This document shows positions 12,641 to 27,124 of a stretch of DNA of 64,000 bases, piece by piece. The stretch is from Octopus vulgaris (Eukaryota): positions 72,416,001 through 72,480,000 of the forward strand of contig OX597823.1 of the NCBI GenBank assembly GCA_951406725.2. Reading direction: 5' to 3'. The notes under the pieces are model-generated. The model was given only the letters and a program-made list of their open reading frames with translations, was not told where the DNA came from and made no database searches. Positions within the stretch are counted from its first letter, which is position 1. The number at the start of each line of letters is the position of its first letter. The position numbers and the translations under genes were made by a program.

Positions 12641-14037
12641 ATAAACCTGAAACAATGAAAAAAAAAGCTAAGGTTGTGGAAATTGGTTTGAAAAGAATCC
12701 GAAACAACTCGAAACTGTTTCAATCTACGTTCTCACAGACATATTTCTCACAATTGTCATTTAAAAGAAGTTATGGGCTCAATTATCGAGAAGCTGTAGA
12801 AAATGTTCTCAAACAATTTCAGATAATTGCTTTTAAATGGTGTCAATACAACCGTAATTCCCGTGCTTGAAAACGTGTCTTTGCAAAGATTCATTAAAAA
12901 CAATGCATTTTCCTGAAATGTCAGATGCCCAATAACTAACACGCTGAATAAACTTAACATTTGTATGTGTGTATCTGTGTAAAAATATACGAGAAAATTA
13001 ACAGGTAAGTTTTTTCAAAATAGATGCTCTGTGTGTGTGTGTGTGTGTATGTGTGTGTGTATGTGTGTGTGTGTGTGTGTATGTGTGTGCGTGTGTGTAT
13101 GTTTGTGTGTGTAGTTGTGTGTGCGTGTGTGTGTGTGTATGTACAAGTGCATCTGTGCAGAAACGCGTATTATTGTACGTGTACGACAGTTTTGCGTTCT
13201 GCAGAAATTTGGCTCACAAATTATTGACGAACCTGTTATTGTATCAGACGAAAATTGCCCCAAATCCACGTATGAAGCGAATGCAGACATATATAGTTAT
13301 GGCGAAACTTTTTAGCTACACAGATATGCATGCGGTCCATTTCAGTGTAAGATCCTACTAAGTAGGAATGTGATATCAAATATCTGCTAGAAGAGCTAAT
13401 TGATATTATTCCTTCACACATCTAGATAGGAACTAAAATCTATCGATAGTTCTGTCACATCATAATCAAACATATACTATGTAATTTATAGCTTAAAGTT
13501 GTCTTAATGCTGGGAGATTAAAGGGAGAGCTTAACATGAAGACGAGTAAAATCATTAAATCTTTATACAGCCTATGCAATATGACTAAACATGCTTTAGC
13601 TTAACACTGTAAAACGATTATATAGCATTAGAGATTTCATCCGAAAAGAATTATTGATACATGCTCGATACTTCTTAGCTATCGTACTAAATTTGCATAT
13701 ATAAATATGCAATACTGTTCAATTACTAATATGTATACTTCACGGAGAGATTATGGATAGGTATATATTTTGTAACATCTACCCACGTACATATCCATTA
13801 ACCACACTATGTATATGCATGTATCACATGGAGTCCCAAACTGATGTGTATAAATAAATATATACGGTTAGATATATGTCTATGCGTAGACAAACACACA
13901 TAAACACACTCACACACTCAGACACATATATACACACACACATATATATAAGGTCTTTTGTTATAAACATATATATATACATACAAGCACATCTACATGA
14001 ATATAAATAAATATACACATATGTGTTTATGTCCGTA

Positions 14038-14230
14038 AGGCGGCGAGCTGGTAGAAATCTTAGCGGCATTTTTTCTTGCTTTACGTCCTTAGGTCAAATT
14101 TTCTCGCGTTCGACTTTGCCTTTCATCTGTTCGTGCTGGAAGAAACAAGTACCAGTTGGACAGTTGGGTGGATATACTGAGCCCTCGCCCACGAAATTTC
14201 AAGCGTGTGCCTATCGTAGAAAGGATGCAC
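14038..14230 (+). mobile_element. Degenerate SINE (aggcggcgagctgg family)
   Basis: aaggcggcgagctggtagaa...tcgactttgcctttcatc...aagtaccagtt. Confidence 0.7.
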
Positions 14231-14264
14231 ACTAAAACGCGTGGGCGCGCACACTTGGGAATCC

Positions 14265-14720
14265 TCTATTCTTTTGTTTGCTTCAGCTATTTGACTGCGG
14301 CCGTGCTGGAGCAGCGCCTTTAGTCGAGCAAATCGACCCCAGGACTTATTCTTTGCAAGCCTTGTACTTATTCTATCGGTGTCTTTTGTCGAACCGCTAA
14401 GTTACGGGGACGTAAACACACCATTATCGGTTGTCAAGCGATAGTGGGGGCACAAACACAGAAACACAAACACTCGCACGTATATACATAGATATATACA
14501 TACATACATGCATATATATATATTTATATATATATAAATATATATATATATACACACGACGGACTTCTTTCAGATTCCGTCTACCAAATCCATTGAGAAG
14601 ACTTTGGTCGACCCGTGGCTATCATAGAAGACACTAGCCAAAGGAGCCACTCAGTGGGACTGAACTTAGAACCATGTGGTTGGTAAGCAAGCTACTTGCC
14701 ACACAGCACTCATGCGCCTA
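14265..14720 (-). mobile_element. SINE, minus strand, internal (TA)n
   Basis: Reverse complement of the 9585/10722 family: tgactgcggccgtgctgg, gaaccgctaagttacgggg, accatgtggttggtaagcaagc. Confidence 0.8.
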
Positions 14721-14739
14721 TGCGATATATACTATTTTA

Positions 14740-15030
14740 TTCTTTTTCTTGTTTCAGGCATTTGACTGCAGCCATGCTAGAGCACCTCCTTGAAGGGTTT
14801 TAGGCGAACAAATCGACGCCTGGACTTTTTATGTATCTATCACTTGTGCCAAACCTATTAGTTACACAGGTTGTCAAGCGGTGGGGGTGGCAAACACAGA
14901 CACAAGGACATACACGCACATAGACATTTACATGTCCCCGCAACACACACACACACACACACACACACAACCAAACACACACACATGACGGTCTTCTTTC
15001 AGTTTCTCCTCTGTCGAATCGACACACAAG
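14740..15030 (-). mobile_element. Partial SINE, minus strand
   Basis: tttgactgcagccatgctagagcac...ggttgtcaagcggtggggg repeats motifs of 14265-14720. Confidence 0.65.
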
Positions 15031-16137
15031 GGTTTGTGTATCTGTTTGTGATTGTGTCTGTGCGTTGGTGGATGCCCCCGTGAAAAAGAATAAGTTAAAG
15101 TCAAAAACACCGTGTAAAGTATCTTCTCTGTAAGTACTTGATTCAAATGGCTTCAAGGTTAAGTTCACCTTTTGCCCTTGCAGGGTTAATAAAATATTGA
15201 ACCTGTCCAGTTCTAGATCGATTCAAAACTTCTAAATCGGTTCGCCAAGATACTGTGAACTTGTTGCAGTATCAGAAATCAATGTAATGCATTAATATTT
15301 GAATATCTCAAGCAGTGTTTTGCTTTCATAAAAAGTAATTCTAAGAAGAAAGAGGAATTAGAATTGGTGATGTGCATACTAATTGGTAACAGTTAAAGAA
15401 TCGAATCGAATCATTTTTCTTTAAAGGATTCATGAAGTTTCAAATCTAGATATATTACATAAAAATCTATGTAAATCTTGAATTTTACTTTCAAATTGCA
15501 GACTAACAAAGATTAAATATCTTTTGCTGAAGAAGAAGAGAACTAACATGCATATTTTTGTGTGTTCCAGTTTTTTTTTACTTTCCTGATTCCATAAGCA
15601 CTTTTCTATAACGATACTTTTCTTCATATTTCATTGTTACACACGGCTGCCAAATAAGCATCTGAAAACCAAACATAAATTACTGGAAGAAAAATATGAA
15701 AACAGACGATAGTATTAGTGGTTGTTCAACCGGTAAATCATAAATGGTTATGTTAAAGACTCTAGGGAAAAGGTTAAATCATTCCTAAACGAAAGATTTA
15801 TGTTTACGCACAGGTTACGGTAAAAAATCCATAGGCATTTAAATTTGGAGCTATACAAGTAAATAATTTGCGATACGAATTCACTATTGGCTTTTCGAGA
15901 TTATATTGGCAAATATATTTGAAATACTCGATAGATACCCATATTCAACGAGACACATGAGCACATATGCACATAAGCACATAAACAAATAAAAATTAGG
16001 AAACAGAAAGCGGTGATGGTGCATAAATCGTATATATACTACCGTATAGTGCTGTGTAAAATGGTCGAAGGATGCAGTGTTTGTTGAATAGTAAGAGGCC
16101 GGTATATAAAAGCAATTGATCTTTTCAACACTCAATA

Positions 16138-16350
16138 TGATGCGGTGAGCTGGCAGAATCGTTAGAACGTTGGATAAAATAAGTGGCATTTCTTCCCTCT
16201 TTTTACATTCTGAGTTCAAATTCCACGGAGTCGACTCTACCTGTTATCCATTCTGGCTCGATAAAATAGAGTATCAGTCAAGCGCTAGGGTCGATATTTT
16301 TTTATTTACCCCGTTTCCCGAAATAGCTGGCCTCCAGCTAAAATTTAAAA
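16138..16350 (+). mobile_element. Degenerate SINE
   Basis: gcggtgagctggcagaatcgttag...ttctgagttcaaattccacggagtcgact. Confidence 0.7.
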
Positions 16351-16997
16351 CCAGTGTGAACTAATATGGTAAACGAAAGACGGAAGATGGAATATACGAG
16401 AATTTGTATTATTTTTCATGAGAATTGTTTCGACACATCTAGCATCGATCTTCACGGGTGGAGCACTTAACAACTGGTTTAAACGGCGGTGCATTTGTGT
16501 CTCATCGGGTGATAAATAGGTACAACTTTTTGAGATAACAGTTTCGCAATGTAGCTTTTCGTTTCGTAGAAAGAAAAGCAGCAAAACAAAGGAAATATCT
16601 TCATTTACATAGAAGATGAAGAATAAAACCACAGATTAAAAAAGAAACGAACACAATACAACGAGAAAAAGTATTAAAAATAACATTTAACAGATATGGG
16701 TGTATAAACGCCCTCGCGCAAGTTGCATGACTTGTGCACAAACACGTTCACACACATACACACACACATCTGCAAAAATGTAAGCTTACGCACGCGTGTG
16801 GTTTGGTTCACTCACGATCACAAAGCGAGTTAAATAGCAACTTGGTGTTTATAAGAACGGGGAGTTTAAAGCTAAACTTAATTCATCCACACCTTAAAGT
16901 TACTTATGTTAGCAGTTACGCAAATACATTTAAGCTGCATTGTGTGAAATTACATTTATATGCGTGTTGACATCTTGAAAGTTTTACAGAAATTCTC

Positions 16998-17063
<66 letters not shown>

Positions 17064-17589
17064 TAGATATATATATATAGATATATATATATATGTATAT
17101 ATAAGTGAATCAAACGAGTCATTGGATTGAATTCTTCGCGTTATTTCATTCACCTCACTTCACTCCGATCTCAAACTCCGCCTCTACATCGATAAACGAC
17201 TTTTCTCACTTGTTGAAATCGATATAATCAATAATTAAAAAAACGAACAAACAAACAATGGGAACATAGTTCCCTTGTTTCGACTGGAAGATCGATTCTC
17301 ATCACTATAATTACTTGTTTGTGATTGTGTGCGTAGCTATATACAAGCTCACTGAATTATAAGTACACTTTTATTATAATGAAATAAATATGAATGCATA
17401 TGCACGTACCAACAGATATCTGGAACATATTTCATTCTATGTGTGTTATTATAAATTGTTTGATGGCATGTAAATTTTACTGATGTTAAGATATAAATTA
17501 AACTTTGTTATTAAAGGCTACTGCATAACCGACAACACATGACAAAGTCAACACTTGAGTTGTTCTGTAACCACTGTTCATGAAATATT

Positions 17590-17950
17590 CTTTTTTTTCT
17601 TTATTCTTTTACTTATTTCAGTTATTTGACTGTAGCCATTCTGGAGCACTGCCTTAAAGGTTTTTCTAATCGAAGAACTCGACCCTAGAACTTATTGTTT
17701 AAGCCTATTACTCATTCTATCGGTCTCTTTTGCCGAACTATTAAGTTAAAGGGACGTAGCCACACCAACATTAGTTGCCTAGCTATGGTGGTGTGAAAAA
17801 TACGGGTACAAAGACAAACACATACATAAACGCGCGCGTAGACACAAATCCACTCACAAGGCTTTGGTCGGCCAAAGTTTTTACTCAGATGAACTGGACC
17901 CTCAACCATGTGGTTGAGAAGCAGGCTTCTTACCACACAGCCACTACTTA
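17590..17950 (-). mobile_element. SINE, minus strand
   Basis: tttgactgtagccattctggagcac, ctatcggtctcttttgccgaac, accatgtggttgagaagcaggcttcttaccacacagcc. Confidence 0.7.
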
Positions 17951-17954
17951 CAAT

Positions 17955-18138
<184 letters not shown>

Positions 18139-18535
18139 TAGATTTTCCCTTGGTGAACGACAATTGAGGTTTCCGTAACATGAATCGGTAATCATGTTCT
18201 ATGGACATGCATGTGTCTCTTGAGGCCTTGCAATGTAAACCTTTTGGCAAGTCGAACAAGTTGAGGACTCAGACTGCTCGAGTGCTTGCATTTAATTTAC
18301 TACGTGTCTAGGCATGATTTGCTCAGTTTCGCAAAACTACAATAAGAAGTAAGGTTTTCATTTTGAACAGCAGAATTTTGCTTGCGTGTCTTCATGTATG
18401 CACAAAGTTGGTCCCGATCTTTGAATCAACTTACCTCAAATCTTTGAACTGAGGAGAAGCTGGACTACCGCCAGGTCCTGCGTTCTAATGCTTTGTCTTC
18501 CCCGGATGAAAAGGGAATTTTGCGTTGCTTCCGAT

Positions 18536-18574
<39 letters not shown>

Positions 18575-18747
18575 AGGATATTACCAGTTCAAACGAGGTT
18601 GGGACATCTTCGAACCCGTAAGGCAGTCACTCACTGTGTTTTGTCATGGAGAAAATTTCTCGCTGTATACAAATGCTGTAAATACAACAAAATCAGCTTG
18701 AATATCCACCTACCCAGACTGGGAGATACAAACATTTCAGAGTGGTT

Positions 18748-18766
18748 ATGAGTGTGTGTGTGTGCC

Positions 18767-18829
<63 letters not shown>

Positions 18830-18880
18830 ATGTATGTATGTATGTATGTATGTATGTATGTATGTATGTATGTATGAATG
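18748..18880. repeat. Compound (TG)n(TCTG)n(TATG)n microsatellite
   Basis: Directly visible. Confidence 0.95.
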
Positions 18881-19436
18881 TGTGCATCTATGTGTCATTA
18901 TGTTTGTCTTCAACCCCACTTGGAAACTGGTGCTGGTTCGCTTATGCCCTCATAATGTAGCGCTTCAATAAAATGAGGCAATATAAACCGGACAGGGTGT
19001 GCTGAGAGCTGATAAGAAAACTTATCTCTCGTATGTTATTCCCGTCATCGTACAATGACTCACAGTTTTCTTGTTTCAGTATTTAGAATGTGGCCATACC
19101 GAGACACGCCCTGAAGGGTTTCATCGAACAAATCGACTACAGTACTTCATTTTTGTTAAACCTGGCTCTTCCTATCTTGAAGCGATACATTATGAGGGTG
19201 TAAACAAACCAGCACCAGTTTCCAACCGGTGGTGGATGACAAACTCAAAGACACATGCATACATGCACATAAACAGACAGACAGAGAGACACACACACGT
19301 GCGCGCACATACACACACAGATTTATATGCATACGTATGCGTACATACTTACATGTATACGTATATACATATGCATATGTGGGTTCAGGACGTCACAAAA
19401 CATAAACAATAAAAATACACATTAACACACACACAA

Positions 19437-19523
<87 letters not shown>

Positions 19524-19645
19524 CATATATATATGCATATATACATACGTATACGTACATACATATGCATACGTGACGTGAGCACAGGACATCACAAAAC
19601 ATGAACAACATGGGTAATGTGCATATATATATGTATGTGTGTATG

Positions 19646-19711
<66 letters not shown>

Positions 19712-20479
19712 TACTATCATATTAATGTAGTATTTTCAAAAAAACAACTAACGAGTCATTGTGTATCTACCCATTTGATGATGGCAAACTAACAAATATT
19801 GTTAAAAAACGTGAGAAAGAAAAACGGAACAAAATCTCGAACATTAATTGTGGTCGAGTAAACATTCGACGACTTCCTTATTTTAATATCTTCCTTACCT
19901 AAGTAAATTGTTTGTATAGAATTCTTGAAGGAGATATGAATCAATATGTTACTCTTTAATGCTACTGAAATAAAATATTGTCACTGTCATTCACCAACAT
20001 ATATCTAGTATTAATTTAAATGTGGCAAACTTAGTTTTGTATGCTGTAGTAAATAACTAAAGTTAATGCCCTTTAAGTTGTAGTTCTATACGTAGACTTG
20101 TATAATCACTTGATTCGATTGTTTCTTTTGCTTTGTAAGGACTATGTAATTGATTTATATTATGCTAGAACATATTCATAATGTTAGCGATGAAATGTCT
20201 GTAGATAAGTAGTTTGAGTTGATAATGTTCAGTTTGACAAGATATATTATTGCATTCGTACAAAGTTATTGGTATATATTGTTAAACATGAGACAACATG
20301 TGACCTGATCTTCTTGGTAATGATTTATGAATCGATGTAATAAATTCATATTTGATATCTTATATAATTTATTTACTGAAATATCCTGTACATAAATATT
20401 GTGTTTTGTAAATATTTAATGTCATATACAATTGTATTATACTGGTTATATATTTTTATGTTACTCTTGTTTTAAAAAA

Positions 20480-20900
20480 AGTATGGAGAGCAAGTGTAAT
20501 TTCAATAAAGAACAAAATAAGAATTTTTAACACTAACATAAAAGCGGTGTTATTGTATGGGGGCTGAGACATGGCGAATAACAGTTAAGTCAAATAAGCA
20601 AATACAATCATTCATCAACATATGTTTACGTAGTATTCTTAAAATTAGATAGCAATATGGAGTTATGGCAAAGAACAAATCAAGTTTCGATTAGGGAGCA
20701 AATATTTAAGAAAAAGTGGAAGTGGATTGGTAGCATAATTAGTAAAGACACACTAAATGTAACGAAAAGGGCTTTACAGTGGAATCCGCATGTATATAGA
20801 AAGATAGGTAGACCTAAGAACTCGTGGCGTAGATAAACACAAAAGGAACTAGAGAAAGGGGAACATTCATGGCAGACTATAAGTACAGAAGCGAACAATT
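20480..20900 (+). mobile_element. RTE-clade LINE 3' fragment, decayed
   Basis: KIRIFNTNIKAVLLYGAETW..SFINICLRSILKIR..KKKWKWIG..KRALQWNP..RKIGRPKNSWRR, typical of the RTE post-RT C-terminus. Confidence 0.88.
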
Positions 20901-21714
20901 ATGTGACATGAAATTCAATTATAAGTGGTTTTTTATTTCTCTCTGCATACACAAGCACATACGGACACACACACACGGACAGAAATGCACGCACATACAC
21001 TCCCACTCACTCACACACTCATATACATACATACATTCATACATACATACATACATACATATAGTATAACTCAGCAAGCTATATGACTCAGTATCACATG
21101 AGCTAAACTTTCGTGTGGTCGTAGGACACGCCCATCTCGTTCGATGCTCCTTGCACACGAAACTTTAAGTCATGTGAAGTGGAGTCAAATTTTTATTAAA
21201 TATATACGTCACTCCTGACAAATGTGTTGAATACTACGTTCTTCCCTTTGTCCGCTTGTACACACATACACACAGATGCACACGCATATACACACACAAA
21301 ACGCATACATATATGACAGTCATACATATATGTACACACACATTTTTTTCCATATTACACATACGCATACATCTAAGTGCACGTGTGCGGTTATGTATGT
21401 GTGTGTGTGTTTGTGAGTGTTACGTTAAGATTATTAGTTTTTCATGTTAAAGTTTAACAGCGAAGCATCTACTGATGGGGTAAAATAATCCTCAGAGTAG
21501 AGTGAAAGTTATTGTAAAGTTGAAGTAGACTGGAATTAGAAGTTATATGAGTCTAAAGTAACTAGAATTATCAGGCACGATATTTCGTGCTTGTATCTTC
21601 TAGCCTCGTGTTCCTATCAGATGTATTTCACAGCAAGCATGTTAACTGATGTTATATGATCTTCGGTTCGGTTAATACAAATTTCGCGTTGGTTTAATCG
21701 TAGGCGCTTCTCTT

Positions 21715-21784
<70 letters not shown>

Positions 21785-22129
21785 TTATATATAACGAAAC
21801 TCAGATTAGTCAAAATATCTTTCTGACATATTTCAACTTCTAAAGGCAAATTGACTGCAGATACAGTAGAAAGAATTTTCTCAAAAAGCCGGTGCTGCCC
21901 CTGTCAGATTCCCAAACGTTACATTTCTAGCACTTTGGCTGTTATCAATACCGAAGAGCGGTAACTCTGGACAAATTTAAAAACCTAGATTTAACTAGAA
22001 CAAAGTCAAGAACATTGAGCGAACAGTGCCATCGGACCGCTAATTCGGAAAAAGACTCAGCATTATCAGCTCCTAGTAGTGTTTAGGCATACGTAACATT
22101 TAGATTATTTAAAATAAGATTATGATAAT

Positions 22130-22333
22130 AGAGTTCTATATTCAAGAGATGAGGAATTATGTACATTATTTACATTACTTACATTTGACGGATATTTGTC
22201 CTGATCTTGTTTGTTGTTAACAGAACGTTTCGGCTGATATACCCTCCTGCCTCCATCAGGTGTTTTGGGGAAACTTCGAACCTGGGTTCTCATTCCTAAG
22301 GTATTTTAAATGTTGTTGTTTTTGTTGTTGTTA

Positions 22334-22409
<76 letters not shown>

Positions 22410-22556
22410 CATTATTATGATTATTATTATTAGTAGTATTTTTATTATTTCTATTATTATTATTGTTGTTGCTGTTTTTGTTATTCACGTCACTGCCGAG
22501 AATCAAACTCGGAATCTTGGGGTTAGTAGCACGCGCTCTTAACCACTACGCCATAG
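22130..22556 (-). mobile_element. SINE-like element: tRNA-like head, (AAT)n and a hammerhead-like tail
   Basis: Minus strand: tggcgtagtggttaagagcgc..gagtttgattc head, long (AAT)n, then aacac-ctgatgga-ggcag..cagcc-gaaacgtt-ctgtt. Confidence 0.6.
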
Positions 22557-22681
22557 GCCTACGGGCATCCATCTGTCTATCTATCTCTCTATATAGCTTT
22601 CTCTCCGTAACTCGCAAAGCCTTTCGGTTTTGTTTATAAAAATATTATGTATGTAGTTTTATACACAGACACAGACAGACA

Positions 22682-22761
<80 letters not shown>

Positions 22762-22767
<6 letters not shown>

Positions 22768-23010
22768 AACCAAAGCACAGCGACGCGAGGACGTGGAATA
22801 AGTATAGTGTTATTGGACACGCAGGATGGGAAAGAAAGGAGGATTTAAGGTTTCGAGTGGAGCTCTTCGTCAGAAATATAGAAAGAAAGAATAATTCCAA
22901 GGAAGAGAAGGACGAAGAAAGAAAATCGCCAACGATACACACACGGGGTCACATATTGAAATAACCGGAAGGGAATGGGTGAAAAAAAAGAAGGGAGGAG
23001 AGAAGGAGGT
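22762..23010 (-). mobile_element. Penelope-related non-autonomous repeat next to (TA)n
   Basis: acgcgaggacgtggaa..tattggac..aaaatcgccaacg..cacacg.ggtcaca is shared with 54430-54620; contains CTGACGA..GAAA on the minus strand. Confidence 0.6.
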
Positions 23011-24349
23011 ATGTGTGTGTTTGTATGGGTATGTCCTTGTGCACAGGTCTGTGTGTGTGTGTAATGATAGCATGTGTATATATATATATATATATATAAA
23101 CTGGGTGAGTGATTGATGATAGATCTCGATATATGTATCTGTGATGTATGGGTGTGTGTCTGCGTAAACTTGTAACATATATTTAGAACACGTAGGCATC
23201 AATGAGATACATAGGAAGTATGATGCAGGTATGTTATGGCACTCCCTTTCCCTCACTACTAATTTCATTCGTGGATAATTATCATTGTCTGCACTTAAGG
23301 TGTCTGTGAATAAAGTTTTTGCTAGACATACAGTATATTGCTGCACTGCTTAATATATTATCACTAAGAAAACGAAAAATTTTAACATATAAATATATGG
23401 TTTCAGAATAAACAATAGATAACTATTTCGGCCTTCACCTTTTGAGGCATGTGTTGAAAAATCAATTAATTATGTTGTGAGTAGTTTGTTTGAATGTAAT
23501 TTTTCAATTATGTGTTTAAGAAGGAAAATAAATGAAATTAAAGTCTATGGCGATTTCCATTCTGACACAAATGTTTGACTTCGTAAACTCATCGAATTGT
23601 TTGTTTTCTTTGATAGAAATTAATGAAATATAAAGCAAATATTCTTCATAAAAGAGAAAACTTTATCATTGTATGTTGCCTTCTCTTTTTTTTTTCACTA
23701 TTTACATTGAGGAAATTGTCATGTTGTGTTACTATATTATTCAAATTGAAATTTCTCGACCTTCTGTTTTTTTTTCTAATATATATTTTATACCATACAC
23801 TATTTATACTGTATAGCATTCTGATATATTAAAACTAAATAAAATTTGGAACTAAATATATTGCAGAATTATAAGCAGTGTTTTGATGTATATTGAACTC
23901 AAAATACATCAAAGTTAAATTATAAATATCTTATTTTCAGCATACACCGTAACAAATGAAATAGCAACTGAAGTATATTTATTAAATTTCAAAGATAAAA
24001 ATACATTTACATCATGAACGGTTGATATAGTCTATTGAAGCAACACCGAGAAATTCAAATCAGGATAAAACAACGTCCATGCTTCAATTTGCAATGGCTT
24101 TGCTAAATTTTTATCAACGAAGTTTCTATGTATATCCATAACAAAGATGGAAAATAAAGTTTCCTTTTTAGAAACAAGATCCAAATGTCTGTGTTTGATT
24201 GCAACTTGTCACATAATTTTTATATTAACAGCAGTCAGTCTAAAATTTTCTCCATGTATGTCTAACAAAAACTTTTTATATTCACAGAAACCTTAAATGT
24301 GGACAAAAAGGTTCTCCCTGCATCTTATATAGTATATTAATAATACATA

Positions 24350-24361
24350 ATTATCTATCTC

Positions 24362-24442
<81 letters not shown>

Positions 24443-24443
24443 A
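24350..24443. repeat. (TATC)n microsatellite, left flank of the Tx1-like insertion
   Basis: Directly visible; the same repeat resumes at about 25428. Confidence 0.95.
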
Positions 24444-25427
24444 GTGGAGGGGAGGTACGACGACGAGCTCGGGGCGAACCTGGACGTCGACGAGGAGTAC
24501 CTGACCCGCCTGTTCAGGACGACTTTCGGGCCAGGGCCCATGGACAACTTCCAGAGATCCCTGGCCTGGCAGTGCTACCGAGAAGCGCTACCCGTTCGGG
24601 ATAAGCTCTACAGACACGGCTCGAGAAACACGGGGCCGACCTGCCCGAGATGCGGTCAGAGCGACGAAACCGTTCTGCACGCACTCGTTCAGTGTCCAAC
24701 AATTTCCGACCTGTGGGCTTATGTCGAACAACTGCTGTCACGTGTGGGACGAGTCGGTTTATCAGCTGAGCCTATCGTCAATATTGTCACGCCTCCTTCC
24801 TTCAAACGGGAAGGAAGAGCTATTTTCATCATCCTTGTGGCTATGGCGAAAGAATGTATCTGGTGGACGCGTCTGAAAGGATTGGAGACAAACACTTTCC
24901 TCTCTGGTCAATCTCTCATCAACTTCTTCAAGTACCACTTGAAAAGGAAAGTGAGAGTAGAGAGGCAAGTTTTGTCTAGCGAATGTTTTAAAAAGATGGG
25001 TGAATGTAGCAAGAATGGCACGTATGAATGACGAAGCCACCTTGAGCATAGTCCTATGAACCCAGAAATCGAAAACAGAGAGTTGCTTATTTGCAAAAAA
25101 AAAAAAAAAAAAGAAATATAAAATATGACTTCATTGACCGAGGTTACCGTGGTCTTTTCCGTAGGCTTTTCTTTCCACGGGTAAACCTCACCTGTCCTCC
25201 CCTTTACACTTCATATTGACATTTCTGTGATAACGATCCCTATTGATCAATTTTTTTTCCTCTCCCCCTTTTTTTAACCCCCCTTTTTTTGTCCTCTTTC
25301 TCTCCTTTTACGATCCCTTTTGATCGAATCTCCCCCTTCCTTTTTTTTTTTTTAAACCTTCAAAAGAAAAGCTCTACCTTGTAATTTGTTCTATCTGTGT
25401 GCAGCCCTGTGTGGCTAATAAAGAAAC
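24444..25427 (+). mobile_element. 5'-truncated L1/Tx1-like LINE 3' end (zf-RVT CCHC knuckle) with 3' UTR
   Basis: ORF 24444-25031 has LAWQCYREALPV..CPRCGQSDETVLHALVQCP..LW..IWWTR; GC-rich relative to the flanks; ends gctaataaagaaac. Confidence 0.85.
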
Positions 25428-25452
25428 ATATCTATCTATCTATCTATATATA

Positions 25453-25593
<141 letters not shown>

Positions 25594-25643
25594 GTCCGTC
25601 TGTCTTACTCTCTCCCCTCTCTGCATATATATATATAGTTCAA

Positions 25644-25703
<60 letters not shown>

Positions 25704-25704
25704 A

Positions 25705-25990
25705 TATAGGGAGAAATCACAAAAAACGAAGACAGATGGTGTAGACAGCAAACAGATATATTAGTTTAACATTCATGAAGTGAAAATATCTTTAACGTTT
25801 CGAGCGTACGCTCTTCCACAAAAAGGAACACAGAAAGAAACAAGGAGAGAAAATAAAGAATATGTAGTGGCTAGAGATCTATCATGGCGAATGCCGCACA
25901 GAGGGATCACACAGGAGAACTGGGAAGAAGGGGAGATAATAAAATAGTGGTGATCCTAAAACGAAGGTGCACGTGCGTGTGTGGATAAGG
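25705..25990 (-). mobile_element. Penelope-related non-autonomous repeat
   Basis: acgaagacagatggtgta..caaacagat.tattagt..acgtttcgagc..gtagtggcta.gatctatcat is shared with 50605-50820. Confidence 0.6.
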
Positions 25991-26092
25991 GAGCATGTAT
26001 GTGCGTGTGGAAGAGGGTTAGTAACCTTGACGTGTGCGTATATGCATGTGTAAGTGTGTGGATGATAGTGTGGGGCTGGAAAGTAGTTAGAG

Positions 26093-26140
<48 letters not shown>

Positions 26141-27124
26141 CGCCAACAGAGTTTAGTAATCAAAGAGCATGCTAATTTGAATTCAAGACACCAAAGCTCA
26201 AATCACCATCACTATATTGCGCACTAGTGTTTTGGAGATATTTTGGGGAGTTGTTGTAAAGGCATTAAGTGGAAATTTATTAAAAACCCTGTTACATCAC
26301 AAAAAAATATATTTTGTATACTCCTTCCTATTTCTATTTAAGCCCATCAAACATTTTAACATAAAAAGTTACATCACAAGAATCAAGTTAAGCTTGTTAC
26401 GTGTATCGCAGCAGATTCTTAAACGTGAAAAATATGTCAAATTGTTACACTATTATAGAGAAATCGAGTAATTAGAGACTTTTCGATTGTTTAAATTAAC
26501 GGACTTGACTATTTATGAAAGAAATCTTAAACGTTATATCTTTACAATTTTGTATTAAAACGAAAAAGTATACATCGCATCAAATTTGATAGGTGTATCC
26601 TATGCATATGTGTGTGGGCTAAGTGTTGTGTTCGTTGGGGGTGCATTTGTGTGGATGTTTTGGTTAAAGAAGAGAGTGCTGTGATCATAAATGCTGTCTT
26701 AATTTAAATTAGTTAAAATAGTGATCGATATGTGTGATGCATTTGTATTGAAGCAAGCATGTACGGACAATGAAGAGGTTTTCAGAATTATGTGGTTCCG
26801 GGTTTACTTTTAACGCGTGATCTGTTACTCAAATGCTTTATTTCTTTGTCAGAGACTCGAGCTGCTTTGAGCTTTGGGAATGACATTGCTGACGCAGCAA
26901 TTGTGAAAGCAAGACAGATTGAATGCGATTGCGGCTCATGTACACAAACTATAAAGCAATGACTAGGTAGCACTGCTGTTTGAACAACTAGAAATATGAT
27001 CCTCAGAAATGATGGAAGGTACACTTAAATGCTTATGTAATGACATAAAAGACATAATAGTGGAAGTTTCAATTCAATGCAGCGCCCCAAATCGGACAAT
27101 GAACGTTAATATTCTGAGCCAAGA

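Noticed and set aside
26860-26960. Possible hairpin tgctttgagctttg..caaactataaagca
   Set aside because: Too few consecutive pairs to distinguish from chance by eye
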